This document shows positions 11,155 through 23,384 of a stretch of 64,000 bases of DNA, one piece after another. Source of the stretch: an uncultured Nitrososphaeraceae archaeon (GTDB taxonomy: Archaea > Thermoproteota > Nitrososphaeria > Nitrososphaerales > Nitrososphaeraceae). The stretch spans positions 32,001 to 96,000 of the forward strand of contig CAVXZB010000047.1 in the NCBI GenBank assembly GCA_963765895.1. Reading direction: 5' to 3'. Position numbers and translations under genes: made by a program. How positions within the stretch are numbered: position 1 is the first letter of the stretch; the number at the start of each line of letters is the position of its first letter. The notes under the pieces are model-generated. The model saw only the letters and a list, made by a program, of their open reading frames with translations. It was not told the origin of the DNA and did not search any database.

Positions 11155-12629
11155 TTGAATCTTGAACAATGGTGTAAAATAGATGAGAGCATTTCAATTG
11201 CAGAAAATGATGAACAGTATAAACATTATGCCGGATTTGATTATAACGAAAAGTTGATGGAACATCTAGCAGAATTAAGGCTCAGTAATTCCAAAATCTT
11301 TATTGAACATATGGCTGATCCGACTCCACTTCTCCTTGGTGCGATAGAAGAAACTGCTTATTCCAAAACTAAAAGCCTTGAAATAGAACTTCACAACGCA
11401 AGGACTAAAATTATAGTGTCATCCAAATACACTTTTGATGGAACTCCGGTCAACTGGAACACATGGAGACAATTCAACAGTAAAGAGAAATCAGATGCAA
11501 GTAGAAAAGAAGTATTCGATGAATTTATTAGCAAAACTCATAACATCAGCCCTTTAATCGAAAGTAGATTCTCTTCAATAAAAGAAACGTACAAAGAATA
11601 CGAATTTGCTATTAAAGAGCACTCAACTAATACAAGGCAAAGACTAGATCCTCTTTCAGCGTATCTAAAAAATGAAAACATAAGATATGATGAATTAGTT
11701 GAATTTGTAAAGCTTTTAGGACAAAGAGTTAGAAATCCATTCAGGGAAGCATTGAATGAAGTTAGCAAGGTTGTTCTAAATAAGGAAGCAGAATATTACG
11801 ACGACTTTTATTTTTTCCGAAACAAGATCTACGAAGATATTGAATCTAGATTAGCTGTAGATCCACTGTTTGAAGTGAAGAAGATCCTAAGAGCAATGGA
11901 ATTTGATTTAAGCAATATTCACTTTGATATAGAAGATAGAAAGAATAAATACCCATCACCAATCTGCTTCTTTGTACAAATACCTCATGATATTAGAGTT
12001 CTATACAAAAGCGAAAGTTTCTATTTTGATTTACAAGGATGTTTTCATGAGACAGGTCATGCCATGCATGCAAGCTCAATCGACGAAAACAATCCTTATT
12101 GGGATAGGTATAGGATTCCAATGGGAATAGCAGAAATATTTTCTACACTTCTTGAAAGAATAACTAAGAATAGAACATACTTGCAATCACTTCTTGGTCG
12201 AGAGAACGAAGCGATTATTAATAAAATCTGCGCAAAAAATAAATTTCTAGAATTATTTTTTGTTACATTTTATGCTCCAATTCACTAATGAAATTAGAAT
12301 ATTGGAATAAAAATCTAACTGTAGATGAGGCCTGTCAAGTTTATACGCGTTTGATTAAAGAATATACAGGATTTGATATACCTGGACAATATTGGCTTTT
12401 ACATCACATACTTCCCGAATCAATAATGTATGTTCCAAGCTACTTACTTGCAGCAGTAAGAGCAGCTGAATTGGATTCACATATGAAGAATAGATTTGGA
12501 GATGCCTGGTGGTACAACAAAGAGTCCGGAAAGAGACTTAGAGAGATAATGAATCCAGGGGCTCAAATAGATCTGTCTATATTTTCCAAGTTAGATTCCG
12601 AAATCTTCTTAATGGAGATACTAAATTAA
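11155..12629 (+). pseudogene. M3-like zinc metallopeptidase split by one frameshift near 12275 (possibly a sequencing error)
   Basis: HETGH (HExxH) plus downstream AEIFS; restoring one base gives FYA-A-NSLMKLEYW and joins the two ORFs. Confidence 0.8.
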
Positions 12630-13626
12630 ACCTTCATATCCATTTTTTATTAATACAATATCAATGTCAAATTGGAATAATTATTATGCTTGGTTACCTT
12701 TTCTCATTACGATGCCTGGGATTTCAGTAACTCATTTTGTTTTGTAAATCAGCACTGATCTTTAACGAATTAAATCGAGAGTACTAAGCGAAAGAAATAG
12801 TTAGACGTGTAGCTATTCTGACCTTCCGAATTCTTCATAGAAGATGGAAAATGGTTTATCATGAAACAATTTCTTGGAATAATAAAGATAAAGACATTAC
12901 CATTATCTCTTCAGGTCCACTCTTCTAAGGAGCTCTAAGTGGGCATTAATAGATTGATCAGCAACAGCTCCGATGTAATGAGAAACTAATAGGAGTTTTT
13001 AAAATACTATCTATATACCATGATTAGATGTCAGCGTATTGTGTGTATAGAAAAATGATCTATTGACCAATTACACTTGTGGAAATCTCTTCCATTATTA
13101 ATTTATCCTATAATACCATCTCATAAACCCTGGACTGGAATTACGTTCTCGGTTTGAATTCCCTTCTTCTTAGGATACCTCAAAATTTTTAACGTACATA
13201 AATCTAAGGTTAAGCATTTCTTGTTATGGATTTATCAATAGATAAGTTATTCTTATCAAAATATAACAATTTTAGACCTAGGCCAATCAGGATGGCAAGA
13301 TACATAGATACAGGCAAAAGTAGAACAATCTTAGGAATTGAGTCACTAAGACAGTGTGATAGAGTAGATGTTGATACGACGGGATAACAATCAGATCATT
13401 TTGTGTCTTTATCAACAAGGTTACAGTCATGTTGCAATGCCATGAACATATAAAGTAGATGCTGCCGTCTAAGGCGACAGTAGTCCAAATAGAATAATTA
13501 TTGTATTTGATATAATGCATTTATATTAACAATAGTAGTAATTTGCGCGTGGACGTTTTACTCTATCCCCTCCCCCTCCATAATACGTATCATATTTTAT
13601 AAAAGTCACAATATTATAAACTGACT

Positions 13627-13833
13627 ATGAGGAAGAAGAAGACATTACTCCAAATGGAATCTGATCAATTACAGGTTAAAGAAAGTGAAGGGACTAATAC
13701 TCATACAAACCAAGGTGAGATAGACCATGAAATTGAATGTCCTCGCTGCCATGATATAATGATACTTTCATCTGAGTTTGACAGACTCGGCTATTTTTGC
13801 GAAGAATGTAGTTTCTTACTATATCTGGCATAA
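13627..13833 (+). CDS. small zinc-ribbon protein
   Basis: CPRC...CEEC in 68 aa; TTTTATAAAA box upstream. Confidence 0.65.
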   Translation: MRKKKTLLQMESDQLQVKESEGTNTHTNQGEIDHEIECPRCHDIMILSSEFDRLGYFCEECSFLLYLA

Positions 13834-14222
13834 GCTGACAGAACCATGCCTTTGTTTAAACTAGCACATACAGGCCAACAAGGAATAAAAACTAGTTTCG
13901 ATCTTTGTACATAAATCTGATGTGAGGATTTTAAGATGATAATTGCATCTGGATATCTCTATAATCCGGTATAAAACAAATTTGTCCAAGATCAATTTAA
14001 GACTGTAAATCTCATCTTGGCATTTTATCAATGTAGAAATCCCCGAATACTACACAACGGTCAGTTAGCTTATGTCAGTTAGCTTATATCAATTCTAGCG
14101 TAGGCCATGGCAGCTTGAGATAACGTCATACATTAACAAGATATTTTTATAAGGCTATAATCAATCACTTTCTTGGCCTTTTCTTTTCACTTGTAAACAT
14201 TCAGCTTATAAACTGATTCCAA

Positions 14223-14648
14223 TCAATCTTCTACCGGCCAGTTACATTTAGTAACGAACTCCACAAGATTGCCTGCCGGATCTCGAAAGTATATAGACCT
14301 GCTATCTTGTTTTTCTACCCAGCTTGCCTCCATCTCGACATAAATTCCATTTTGTTTTAGGACATTTTTCCAGTCATCACAGTCTTCGTCTTCTATTTCT
14401 AAAGCAAAATGAATGCATGCAGGAGGAGTTATCGCTCCATGAGCTGGTAATTTCTTATTATTTCCATCTATACTTCTTGTGTTTTCAGGATTAAATATTA
14501 ATAGCATACTCTTACCAGCCTTTAGGAATACATGTCTTCCTTTTTCTTCAGAAATGAATTCAAGTCCTAGATTTTTAATGTAAAAATCCTTCATAGCTTC
14601 CAAGTCGGATGAATAAATGCATGTCTCTACAATCTTCCTGAACTTCAT
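14223..14648 (-). CDS. VOC/glyoxalase family protein
   Basis: DLEAMKDFY..NLGL, HFALEI, SIYFRDPAGNLVEF. Confidence 0.9.
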   Translation of the reverse strand: MKFRKIVETCIYSSDLEAMKDFYIKNLGLEFISEEKGRHVFLKAGKSMLLIFNPENTRSIDGNNKKLPAHGAITPPACIHFALEIEDEDCDDWKNVLKQNGIYVEMEASWVEKQDSRSIYFRDPAGNLVEFVTKCNWPVED

Positions 14649-15330
14649 CTGGAACTGGAGATGGCATTACGCATTTATGACTTACTACTAGTAAAATAAA
14701 GATACTCCTCTTATTCTCACATTGTAATTGAAATGAGAATTATTATTTCTAAACGGGCCCTGAATTATGGATTAGCGCTCGTCTGATTCGTCGTCATTCT
14801 GGTCGTCAAATGCGTCATGTTGATTCAGATTCAACATAGCATATCGTATTAACGTAGTTGATATTCATCATACAATATTCCGTTGTTCGGTCGTACGGAT
14901 CATTTTTCACAGTCAAGATAATGTCTGGTCAGTCTCAAACTCCAATATTTATTAAGTTGCTAATATTTATAAAACCAGAATAGTTTAATCTATATTTTAA
15001 GAATTGTTATAGATATTCGCTACAATCTACGATTAGCATAGGTATAAGCCCAACTATAATAAGGATACATAATAAGAAACCTCGCCAGTATCAGAATTCT
15101 GATGAGGTATGACTAGTCAGCATGAGCATATGATTAGAATAGAACATATTAAAAATAATTTCATGGGAAACAATTAATTTTACAGCACAACAGTCAGTCA
15201 ATGTAGAAGTTTGAATAATCCGAATTAATACCAAAGCAGTCCCTTAATCAAATTTGTATGTAGTGATCAAGAAACATACATTGCTTAGAGTCAATCAACT
15301 AATCATCATCGATTATCATGAAGAATCACT

Positions 15331-15665
15331 TTATAATGGTCCCGAAGCTGTCGGTAACAAAACACCGACTATTGAAGCGATGATCCATATGATTACTGCG
15401 ACTAATATCGATTTTAACCAGCCCATCTTGTATAACCTTTTTAAAGAAATTAGCCATACAATTCCACCAACAATTGCTGCCACCAATCCATTTCCCAGTA
15501 GATATAGATTACTGTGTAAATCACGGCTCCAATAACAGCAGTTATAAAGGCAATTTTGACGCTTTCTCTTTCTCCAAAGAGCTTAGTAACTATAAAGATT
15601 ATTATTGTCGATATAACTAATCCTATTAGGAAAGTAATTATTGTCCAAGGTGTTACTAATGCCAA
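15331..15665 (-). pseudogene. small 4-TM membrane protein with a frameshift near 15500
   Basis: Hydrophobic ORF continues in another frame (LLGNGLVAAIVGGIVWLISLKRLYKMGWLKS...) to a stop at 15331. Confidence 0.6.
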
Positions 15666-15694
15666 GTAAGGTCAGTATACAATAGACCTAATAT

Positions 15695-15799
15695 TAACAA
15701 ACTAACAAACTAACAAACTAACAAACTAACAAACTAACAAACTAACAAACTAACAAACTAACAAACTAACAAACTAACAAACTAACAAACTAAACAAAC
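15695..15799. repeat. 8-bp tandem repeat (TAACAAAC)12 plus one imperfect unit
   Basis: Directly visible perfect array at 15695-15790. Confidence 0.95.
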
Positions 15800-16256
15800 T
15801 AAATGCTTTTAATGCAGAAGATGATTCTTTTTTTATGATATTATCATCGATATCCATCATATTAATTCATTATGCCAAGATAGGTCGGTGGAGAAAATGC
15901 TTCAGATACCTCCCATCCAACGAATAAGTTCTATTTTCAGTCAAAGAGAACAGACACGTTAATTGATCATATATTCATGGTACCGAACTGCCTCACTATC
16001 AGGAGAGAAAAATTATCCTTGTGATCAGGGCTTGGTATAACGAAGTTTTAAGTATATGAATATAAGTATGCGATATTGGGCAAGGACACAGCAGATATCG
16101 TATTTGTTTGTGGAAATCCGGGTTATTTGTCATTATTGTTTCAATCAGGATTGATTACACTTTAGGTAGAATATGACTTGTATAGATCTTGACAAGAATA
16201 TACTAAATTTCAGACTTTTGTGTTCTTCCATGTCCCATTTTTGGTATCTATTGAGG

Positions 16257-17645
16257 CTATGGCAAATCTGGTATCTGTGGCAGTATCGGATGTGCCTGCC
16301 CTAAAGATTGGTCCTGAGTTGATGAAAATGATGTAATTTGACGCGCTCCAAGTATAGTCGTAATATTCAATATTTGTCCTTCTCTATTTACTTTTAAACC
16401 TACCGTATCCCCTACAGATTTATGTCCATCGAGATAATTGATTATGTCATCAATTTGCCTGACAGGATGTCCATCAATCGCTATAATTATATCTGGTATC
16501 TGTGTAACTCGGTTACTACTGCTTCTAAATGTCAGAGCATTATTACTGTTGATAGTATTCTCATTACTAGACTGATTCAAACCTCTTAATCCTGCTTTAT
16601 CTGCAGGACTACCCGCTTGAATTGTAGCTATCATAACTCCTTTGTAATTCTTAGGTAAGCCGCTGCTGTTAGACACTTCTGACGTAATTTTACCACCGCT
16701 AATTCCTAGCCAAGGATGACTATAACTTCCATTTTGAATTAATTTTGGAACTACACGGGCTATATCACTAGAATGGATTGCAAAGCCTACTCCAGAATAT
16801 GTTCCTGTATCTGAAATGATGGCAGTATTCATTCCAATCACACGACCCTGCATATTTAATAGCGGACCACCAGAATTGCCAGGATTAATTACGGCACTAG
16901 TTTGGATGGTGTTTGCTATTGAATACCCAGTATCTGGATTTGGTAAAAGACGCGCCATTTGACTTATAATACCTGTTGTCATGCTACCACTGAGACCAAA
17001 CGGATTACCGATGGCTATAACCTGCTGACCTACTTGTAAATTAGAAGAATTTGTAATTGAGAGTGGAACAAGTTTTTCATCAGAAAAGCTACCAATAAGT
17101 TGAAGTACTGCAATATCGCTAAATGGATCTCGTCCTATAACCTTAGCTTGGTATGTGTTCCCGTCTGTAAAAGACACATCCACCAACTTATTAGCAGTAT
17201 TAGAAGTATCTGGTACTACATGATCATTAGTTACGATATGTCCTTTCTTATCATAAATAAACCCAGAACCCAACGCAGTACTATTTCCACTCAGGCGCTT
17301 TCCATTTATTATAATAACTTCATTTGGATTTGAAATTGTACTTGTTATTTGTACAACAGAGTTTTTTATGCGCTTGAATATATCAGTAAGAGATAATGGC
17401 AAAGAAAAAGATTCAGTAGAGTTTGATATGCGCTGATTTATAGTTTGATTGACTCGCGGGTGGGCGGTTAATGTAGACAGTGCAGCAAAACTATAAGCTT
17501 TGTGTTGATATTCTCTTTGCGCAACGGTCATATCGTTTATGAATGAGGATAACGACGATAAAATTGTTAGAGATATGATTGAGAAACATAATAGTACTAT
17601 TAATAATGTATAAAGTGCTCCGCGACACAATCTTCTGTTTAGCAT
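16257..17645 (-). CDS. HtrA/DegP-family trypsin-like serine protease with PDZ domain
   Basis: GSGF, VTNDHV, DIAVL and GNSGGPL catalytic motifs; N-terminal TM; C-terminal PDZ (GSPADKAGL). Confidence 0.93.
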   Translation of the reverse strand: MLNRRLCRGALYTLLIVLLCFSIISLTILSSLSSFINDMTVAQREYQHKAYSFAALSTLTAHPRVNQTINQRISNSTESFSLPLSLTDIFKRIKNSVVQITSTISNPNEVIIINGKRLSGNSTALGSGFIYDKKGHIVTNDHVVPDTSNTANKLVDVSFTDGNTYQAKVIGRDPFSDIAVLQLIGSFSDEKLVPLSITNSSNLQVGQQVIAIGNPFGLSGSMTTGIISQMARLLPNPDTGYSIANTIQTSAVINPGNSGGPLLNMQGRVIGMNTAIISDTGTYSGVGFAIHSSDIARVVPKLIQNGSYSHPWLGISGGKITSEVSNSSGLPKNYKGVMIATIQAGSPADKAGLRGLNQSSNENTINSNNALTFRSSSNRVTQIPDIIIAIDGHPVRQIDDIINYLDGHKSVGDTVGLKVNREGQILNITTILGARQITSFSSTQDQSLGQAHPILPQIPDLP

Positions 17646-17861
17646 TAAAGTGAAATATCAATTCTTTTAATACTAATTTATACATTAGCATAAGCAATCC
17701 GAGTAGGTCCCATTTATCAGTTTGTTATAAATGACAACCGTGTGACAGTAAGTTATATCTACGAATCCAATCACTGGCGAATATGAGATTATATTCCTAC
17801 GGACAGCACAATTAGGAACAAGACATCATCATTATCTCTTATCTAACGGCTTGACTATTAT

Positions 17862-18137
17862 TCAATGTCTTGTATTGCCTGAATCTTGTTGAAAGTTATT
17901 ATTATTATTATTGTTATGTTTGAGTTTATCAACTGTCCCAGTAAAATTTCTACTTAAATCACTGAATATATCATAATAAATGATGCTATGGACTTTGTTA
18001 TGGTTACTGTTACTATCTTGGGAATATGCAAAAATATTCTCTGCAGACTGATGATTCAAAGCTACTGCTGCTAAAAATGCCGCAGCTACGCTTATTACAC
18101 CGATTGCTGGCCTTTGTAAACACAAACCCTCTAACAT
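17862..18137 (-). CDS. small exported hypothetical protein
   Basis: Signal-like N-terminus, Asn-rich tail. Confidence 0.35.
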   Translation of the reverse strand: MLEGLCLQRPAIGVISVAAAFLAAVALNHQSAENIFAYSQDSNSNHNKVHSIIYYDIFSDLSRNFTGTVDKLKHNNNNNNNFQQDSGNTRH

Positions 18138-18273
18138 ATTGTCTACCAGTTATATATATTCTGGCTATAGTCTTTATATAGTATGTTGTTTTCTACTTTC
18201 AAATTGCATGCTATCTAATTATATACTATGAGAAATGCACTCAATTAAATATCATTAATTTATTCTCAGTATC

Positions 18274-20065
18274 GTGCAATTGAGTCCTAATTCCTGGGAT
18301 AGATTTTTCATGATATTAATCTCTAAAGAGATTTTTTTCCTGACAACTGCAATTTTGGCGATATTTTTAATTCAATCTTGTTCGGGATATTGGGCCAGAA
18401 CATTACCAGTTTTTGCTTCCAATACCATTAATTATATCAATAATAATAATGGTAATAATAATAGTAATAATAATGGCGACATAGATTCTGGAATAAAAGT
18501 AGACAGTTATCCCATAGGAATTGCAGTTAATTCTGCTACTGGCAAGATATATGTAGCAAATGAATTCTCAAACACCATATCAGTCATAGATGAAAGTACA
18601 GATAAAGTACAGACAACTATCAAAGTAGACAGTTTTCCATATGGTATAGACATCAACCCCCTGACTAATAGAGTGTATGTAGCAAATAGAGGTTCGAACA
18701 CCATATCAGTCATAGATGGTTCAACAAACCTTAAGATGGCCGATGTTCATGTAGGCAATAGTCCGATAGATGTTGCCGTCAATCCTTCCTCAAGTCTGGT
18801 ATATGTTACTAATATAGAATCTGCAACAGTTTCTGTAATAGATGGAATTACCAACACTATTTCTTCCACGATAAAAGTTGGTAGTATTCCCTATGCGATT
18901 GCAGTTAACCCTGTAACAAATATGGTATATGTTACTGATATAGGAGGCGGCAGAATATCTGTATTACAAAACTCAAAAAATGCTAGCGACAATAATAGTA
19001 ATAGTAATAGTAATAACATTAATGTAGCCAGAACATTCGAAAAAATTAATGGTTTTATTGCACCTGCAGGTATTGCGATTAATATTTCTACGAATAAAGC
19101 ATATGTCAGTGACTATGCTTCTAATACTGTATTTGTTATCGATCTTAAGACTAATAGTGTGATTCACAGAATCAAGGTTGGAACTAACCCCGTAGGCATA
19201 TCAGTAAATCCTATTTCAAACAGGATCTATGTTATCAATGTCGGAGATAGTACGGTGTCTGTAATAGATGGTTCCAACTATAAAATACTCGTTAATAACA
19301 GCTCGATGACCAGAACTCCATTTATAGAGCCGTCTTTTGATCATAATGGTTCGTCAACGAAAATACCTGTTAATGTAAAATTTCCATTAATCGCAAGTTT
19401 TACCGCTGTTAATTCTGCCACGAACAAGATATATGTTACAAATACAGCTTCTAATACCGTTTCAGTTATAGATGGTAATAAAGATGCAGTATTGGTGAAA
19501 TTAAATTTCAGGTACTAATCCCGCAAATGCTGGAGAAATAGTTTGCAATGGAGTAAAAAGTCTTGGTACGAATTCTACTTTATACTCAAAAGGAGAATTG
19601 ATACAATGTGTCGCAAATCCTCATCATGGATATAGCTTTGATTCTTGGTCTGGTATGACCAATAGCATAAGCAACCCTTTGAGTATTCGGATCTTGCAGT
19701 TTGGAACTACACTATCTGCTAATTTTGAACCAACTCTTCCACCAGAAACTTATCTTTTAATAGGACTGGCTATTGTTGGTTCAATACCTATCTTCATAGG
19801 TTGGTATAATAAAGATAGGCAAAAACATTTCTTGAACATATACTTGAACAAAATAGAAAGTATTTATGATACCTTCTTTCAGGATACAAGCTTTAATAGA
19901 GAAGAATATGTTATGCGATTAGAACAGATAAGAAAGGAAATACTTCGCTTATTTAGAAATGGAAAGATATCTGATGCTCATTATACTATTTTAGACAAAA
20001 AAACAACTGATTATATTTCATTAGGATTAATAAATACGGATCATGAGAAAAAGAGCAATTCATGA
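18274..20065 (+). pseudogene. YVTN/YncE beta-propeller surface protein with B-repeat-like domain, TM anchor and cytoplasmic tail; frameshift near 19510
   Basis: Repeats of P.GIAVN....+YV.N..SNTVSVID; frame continues TNPANAGEIVCNG...LIQCVANP into ORF 19598..20065. Confidence 0.8.
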
Positions 20066-20627
20066 TTATAATTATTATAATGATAGATAGAAATGCATTA
20101 CCTCGAGTCAAAGAAAGTGATGACAGTAACAATTTTGATTTCTTCTCAAATTCAATTTCTTTCATGAATTTAGTATCAAGATCAGCTTACAAGCAGCATC
20201 TTGAAAAGTCATAGTAGAACCGATCCTTTCGAAACATCCTCTACATTTGATGGAAGCCCGTTCATGGCCTATCACAACTCTTGTGTGTTCTCATTCGGTT
20301 ATAGTTAAGCGTATGACTTTGCACAATTGTCGTTAGAATTATTCATTTTACTGCAACCGGAATATTTTCTATTGAGTATTATTAGCTATTGTTTTAAAAA
20401 CACTGCTAAGCAAAATGTCTAAATGGAACTTCAAATTTTACTTCGAATTGGCCGATGTAGTTGCTACCATATGGAAAAAATTGCAGGTCCGACATCCATA
20501 CAAGTCTGTTTAGGGCTGCGTTATTTGTTTATAAGAATATTAACGCTCAGAACGTTAAAAGTGTTCTTGATACGCTGAAGTTAGTTGGCTTGGTACTACT
20601 AGAAAAAATAGGATGTACGCTTCCTAA

Positions 20628-21140
20628 TTATTGCCCTTTATTAAATTGATGCTGAATAGATGAATAGGATGATGCCCAAGCCTTTGCCAGATTTGAGTTA
20701 AATTCAGCAGTAGCTTCGACTGTTCTACTATAGTTTTTTACATTTTCTCTTAATGCGTTTAATACATTGATTGTTAGCTGGTGGTTGATATCTGCCATTC
20801 TAATAATGTTGTTTGTAGAATCATTTGATTGTTTTATTAGTCCCTGAATATATGGTGCTGCTGTGTCTGAAACGATGAGATTATTGAAATTGCTGTTGCT
20901 GTTTGCAAACTGCTTTTGGACTGAAGTTGTTGTCTGAATGGCGTTCCGCGATGCTTCTATGTATTCTTGCTGCAAATTGGAGATTGCTTGTGCATATTCT
21001 GGTTGAACCTTTGCAGATTCATTTATCAATTTTGTAAAGTTTTCGTTTGCTACATCGAAGAGAGTTGTACCATCGGTAGTTGCTGAAGTATCTTTCGTAA
21101 CTCTTGGATTATCTCTTGATGTTTTATTTTCTGATGACAT
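20628..21140 (-). CDS. amphipathic helical protein, phasin-like (paralog of 39356..39784)
   Basis: Likely start MSSENK at 21140 with TATA box at 21162-21170; VANENF.KL..E.AK....AQA..+LQQEY shared with the paralog. Confidence 0.65.
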   Translation of the reverse strand: MSSENKTSRDNPRVTKDTSATTDGTTLFDVANENFTKLINESAKVQPEYAQAISNLQQEYIEASRNAIQTTTSVQKQFANSNSNFNNLIVSDTAAPYIQGLIKQSNDSTNNIIRMADINHQLTINVLNALRENVKNYSRTVEATAEFNSNLAKAWASSYSSIQHQFNKGQ

Positions 21141-21172
21141 AACTCCCAATGATACCGATCCATATATAAATA

Positions 21173-21199
21173 TTGGTATTAAATGGTAATTAATACCAA
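21173..21199. promoter_or_regulatory. perfect inverted repeat TTGGTATTAA-N7-TTAATACCAA next to the TATA box of the phasin-like gene
   Basis: 10-bp arms seen directly. Confidence 0.55.
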
Positions 21200-22231
21200 C
21201 GACGCCCACAGATAGATAATTTGTATCTGATAACTGATGACCATATTACAATAATTTCTCACTAGTCACCACTATGCAACAACCTCTGGAATTGATAATG
21301 CCTATGGTAAATGTTAGCGCCTTTCTCTAATCGGTCTGAGATATAACAAAACATGTTAATGACAGAATTTTGAATTTAAAATCTATCGAAACCTTTCAAT
21401 TAATGTAGGATCATGTTGATTCAAATAAAGTTTTGAGATAATACCAGTAATTTATCATATTACATTACAGATATTATCACAATTATGGCATCAAAAGTAG
21501 GGGACATTTCTCTATTATAACATTACTCCTTTTTCTCATTTTATTATCTTGGGTATACTAACAAGCATTATCGTATTAGCTGGTTCGGTGGTATCGGTTG
21601 TGCTAACGCTTGGAGAAAAATTCCAATTCAAATTGAGGTAGGTCAATTAATTATATTTCGTAATGTTCGAATGTTGATTGTAAATAGCAGAAAGATTATA
21701 CAGAAATTATTGGTTTTGGTCTTTTTTTACTCATAATAGCATCATCAGGAATTGCGTTATCTAATATGATTAGCAGTTTGTCTAACCAAGTTTGAATTCT
21801 CAATCCAGTAACCGATCCAATGTTTCATTATTTGTATTTAATACAGTCATATTGATAAAGGCAAATGAAATTTTATCAAACCATCCTTGGTTATCTAATC
21901 TTTGTTTGATTTATATGATTGACATTGGTCCTGCTCCATAACTTACACACTGTTGTTTAAGTTGGTCTATTGAAAGTAGTAAATTAAGAAATTGCTTGAC
22001 GATGAATACTCGTATTATCTGGTTGACTCTACTAGGTTAAGACTTGTTCCTTTATTGTTGTGGCGTCTTGTCCTGGTCAGTTTCTGCTCATGTGTATATT
22101 GACAAACATAAGGCGACTAGTAAGTTCTAGCATTTAAGATATTCATTACAGTTGAGCGTCGCATTAGTTATATGTACGCTAATGAAGTCTTTATATTACT
22201 TTACTACTCTGACAATACAATTGATTTTAAC

Positions 22232-22768
22232 ATGACAACAGCAAATCCAGTCATTAATGAAGAAAAACTTCAACAATTTATTGGAGAGGTATTATCAGAT
22301 TTTGGTGGTGCGGCAAGTGCAGTTTTAACCTACAATGGGGATAAACTTGGCCTGTACAAAGCTATGTATGATTTTAGAAAACCAATAACATCACAAGAAC
22401 TTGCAAATGTTACTGGAACATCAGAGCTTTATATGAGAGAATGGCTTGCAAACCAGGCTGCCGGTGGATACATCACATACGATTCTTCATCTCAAAAATA
22501 TGCCTTTCCGATTGAACATGCAGAAGCATTGGTTAACGAAGCTAGTGCGGCTTATATCGCCGGAGGTTTTCAGGTATTAATGTCTTTTTACAAGGATGCG
22601 CCAAAATTATTGGACGCGTTTGCAACTGGCAAAGGAATAGCATTGGGAGAACATGATAAAGACCTATTTGAAGGAACAGAAAGAATGTTTAAGCCAGGAT
22701 ATATGGCAAATCTGGTAAGTTCCTGGATCCCGGCACTTGATAATGGCAATGTAGAACAGGCTACTTAA
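22232..22768 (+). pseudogene. wHTH plus class I SAM methyltransferase, truncated before the SAM-binding motif
   Basis: GDKLGLYKAM, YMREWLANQAAGGYI, FKPGYMANLVSSWIPALD then a stop. Confidence 0.8.
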
Positions 22769-22782
22769 AATTGGGCTCCTCA

Positions 22783-23082
22783 CTAGTACATATTTTTGTC
22801 GATTATGTCTGGAAGTCCAACATTTACTAAATTATGATAAAGTCCAAGAAAATAGAGGCCTTCGCTAGTTGTTTTATAGGTTTTTTCTCCCTTTTGATAT
22901 TCCAATAGATTATTTTGAAGCAGCAGTCTTGAGTATTCCTTTAGTAGATAATATGGAAGGCCAGATTTATTCGAAATATTACCAATTCTTACGTTATTGC
23001 CATTTCCAATCTCAAGAATTTCTGAAAATATATCTAATCTACCTCGATGCTTTCTATTGAAGATATATGTCATATACCACAC
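22783..23082 (-). CDS. winged helix-turn-helix transcriptional regulator (ArnR1-like/HTH_45 type)
   Basis: HRGRLDIFSEILE...ISNKSGLPY..LKEY..LL.QNNLLEY...YKTTSEG.YFL. Confidence 0.85.
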   Translation of the reverse strand: MWYMTYIFNRKHRGRLDIFSEILEIGNGNNVRIGNISNKSGLPYYLLKEYSRLLLQNNLLEYQKGEKTYKTTSEGLYFLGLYHNLVNVGLPDIIDKNMY

Positions 23083-23091
23083 TCAATGTTA

Positions 23092-23355
23092 TTATATACA
23101 ATGTTCAAAAGACCTAGGAATTAGTATTACAGCCATACGCCCGGAAAGGCAAGTTGAATTTATTGTAGAATTATTTAACATTTTACCACATAAGCTACAA
23201 AAAGAGGCATAGCATGTTAAACAATAAATAATACAGTGACTTGCATTTCTGAATCTCGCAGAAACGAAATCATGCTCATGCGCAATCGTACTATTACTAC
23301 TGAGGCTTCTCATAGTAATCATGCAATGTCTTGATCTTTCTCTTCTATTTACCAT
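23092..23355 (-). CDS. Cys/His microprotein, HDF-CxxC-x3-CxxCGK family (paralog 2)
   Basis: AHEHDFVS...IYCLTCYASFCSLCGK; immediately upstream of and co-oriented with the wHTH gene. Confidence 0.7.
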   Translation of the reverse strand: MVNRRERSRHCMITMRSLSSNSTIAHEHDFVSARFRNASHCIIYCLTCYASFCSLCGKMLNNSTINSTCLSGRMAVILIPRSFEHCI

Positions 23356-23384
23356 TTATGATATAGTTAATAGTGATTTATACT

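Noticed and set aside
13734-13754. CPRCH as a heme-c motif
   Set aside because: It pairs with a second CxxC in a 68-aa cytoplasmic protein, so a zinc ribbon is more likely
15695-15799. Possible CRISPR array
   Set aside because: Contiguous 8-bp units with no spacers and no cas genes; a simple tandem repeat
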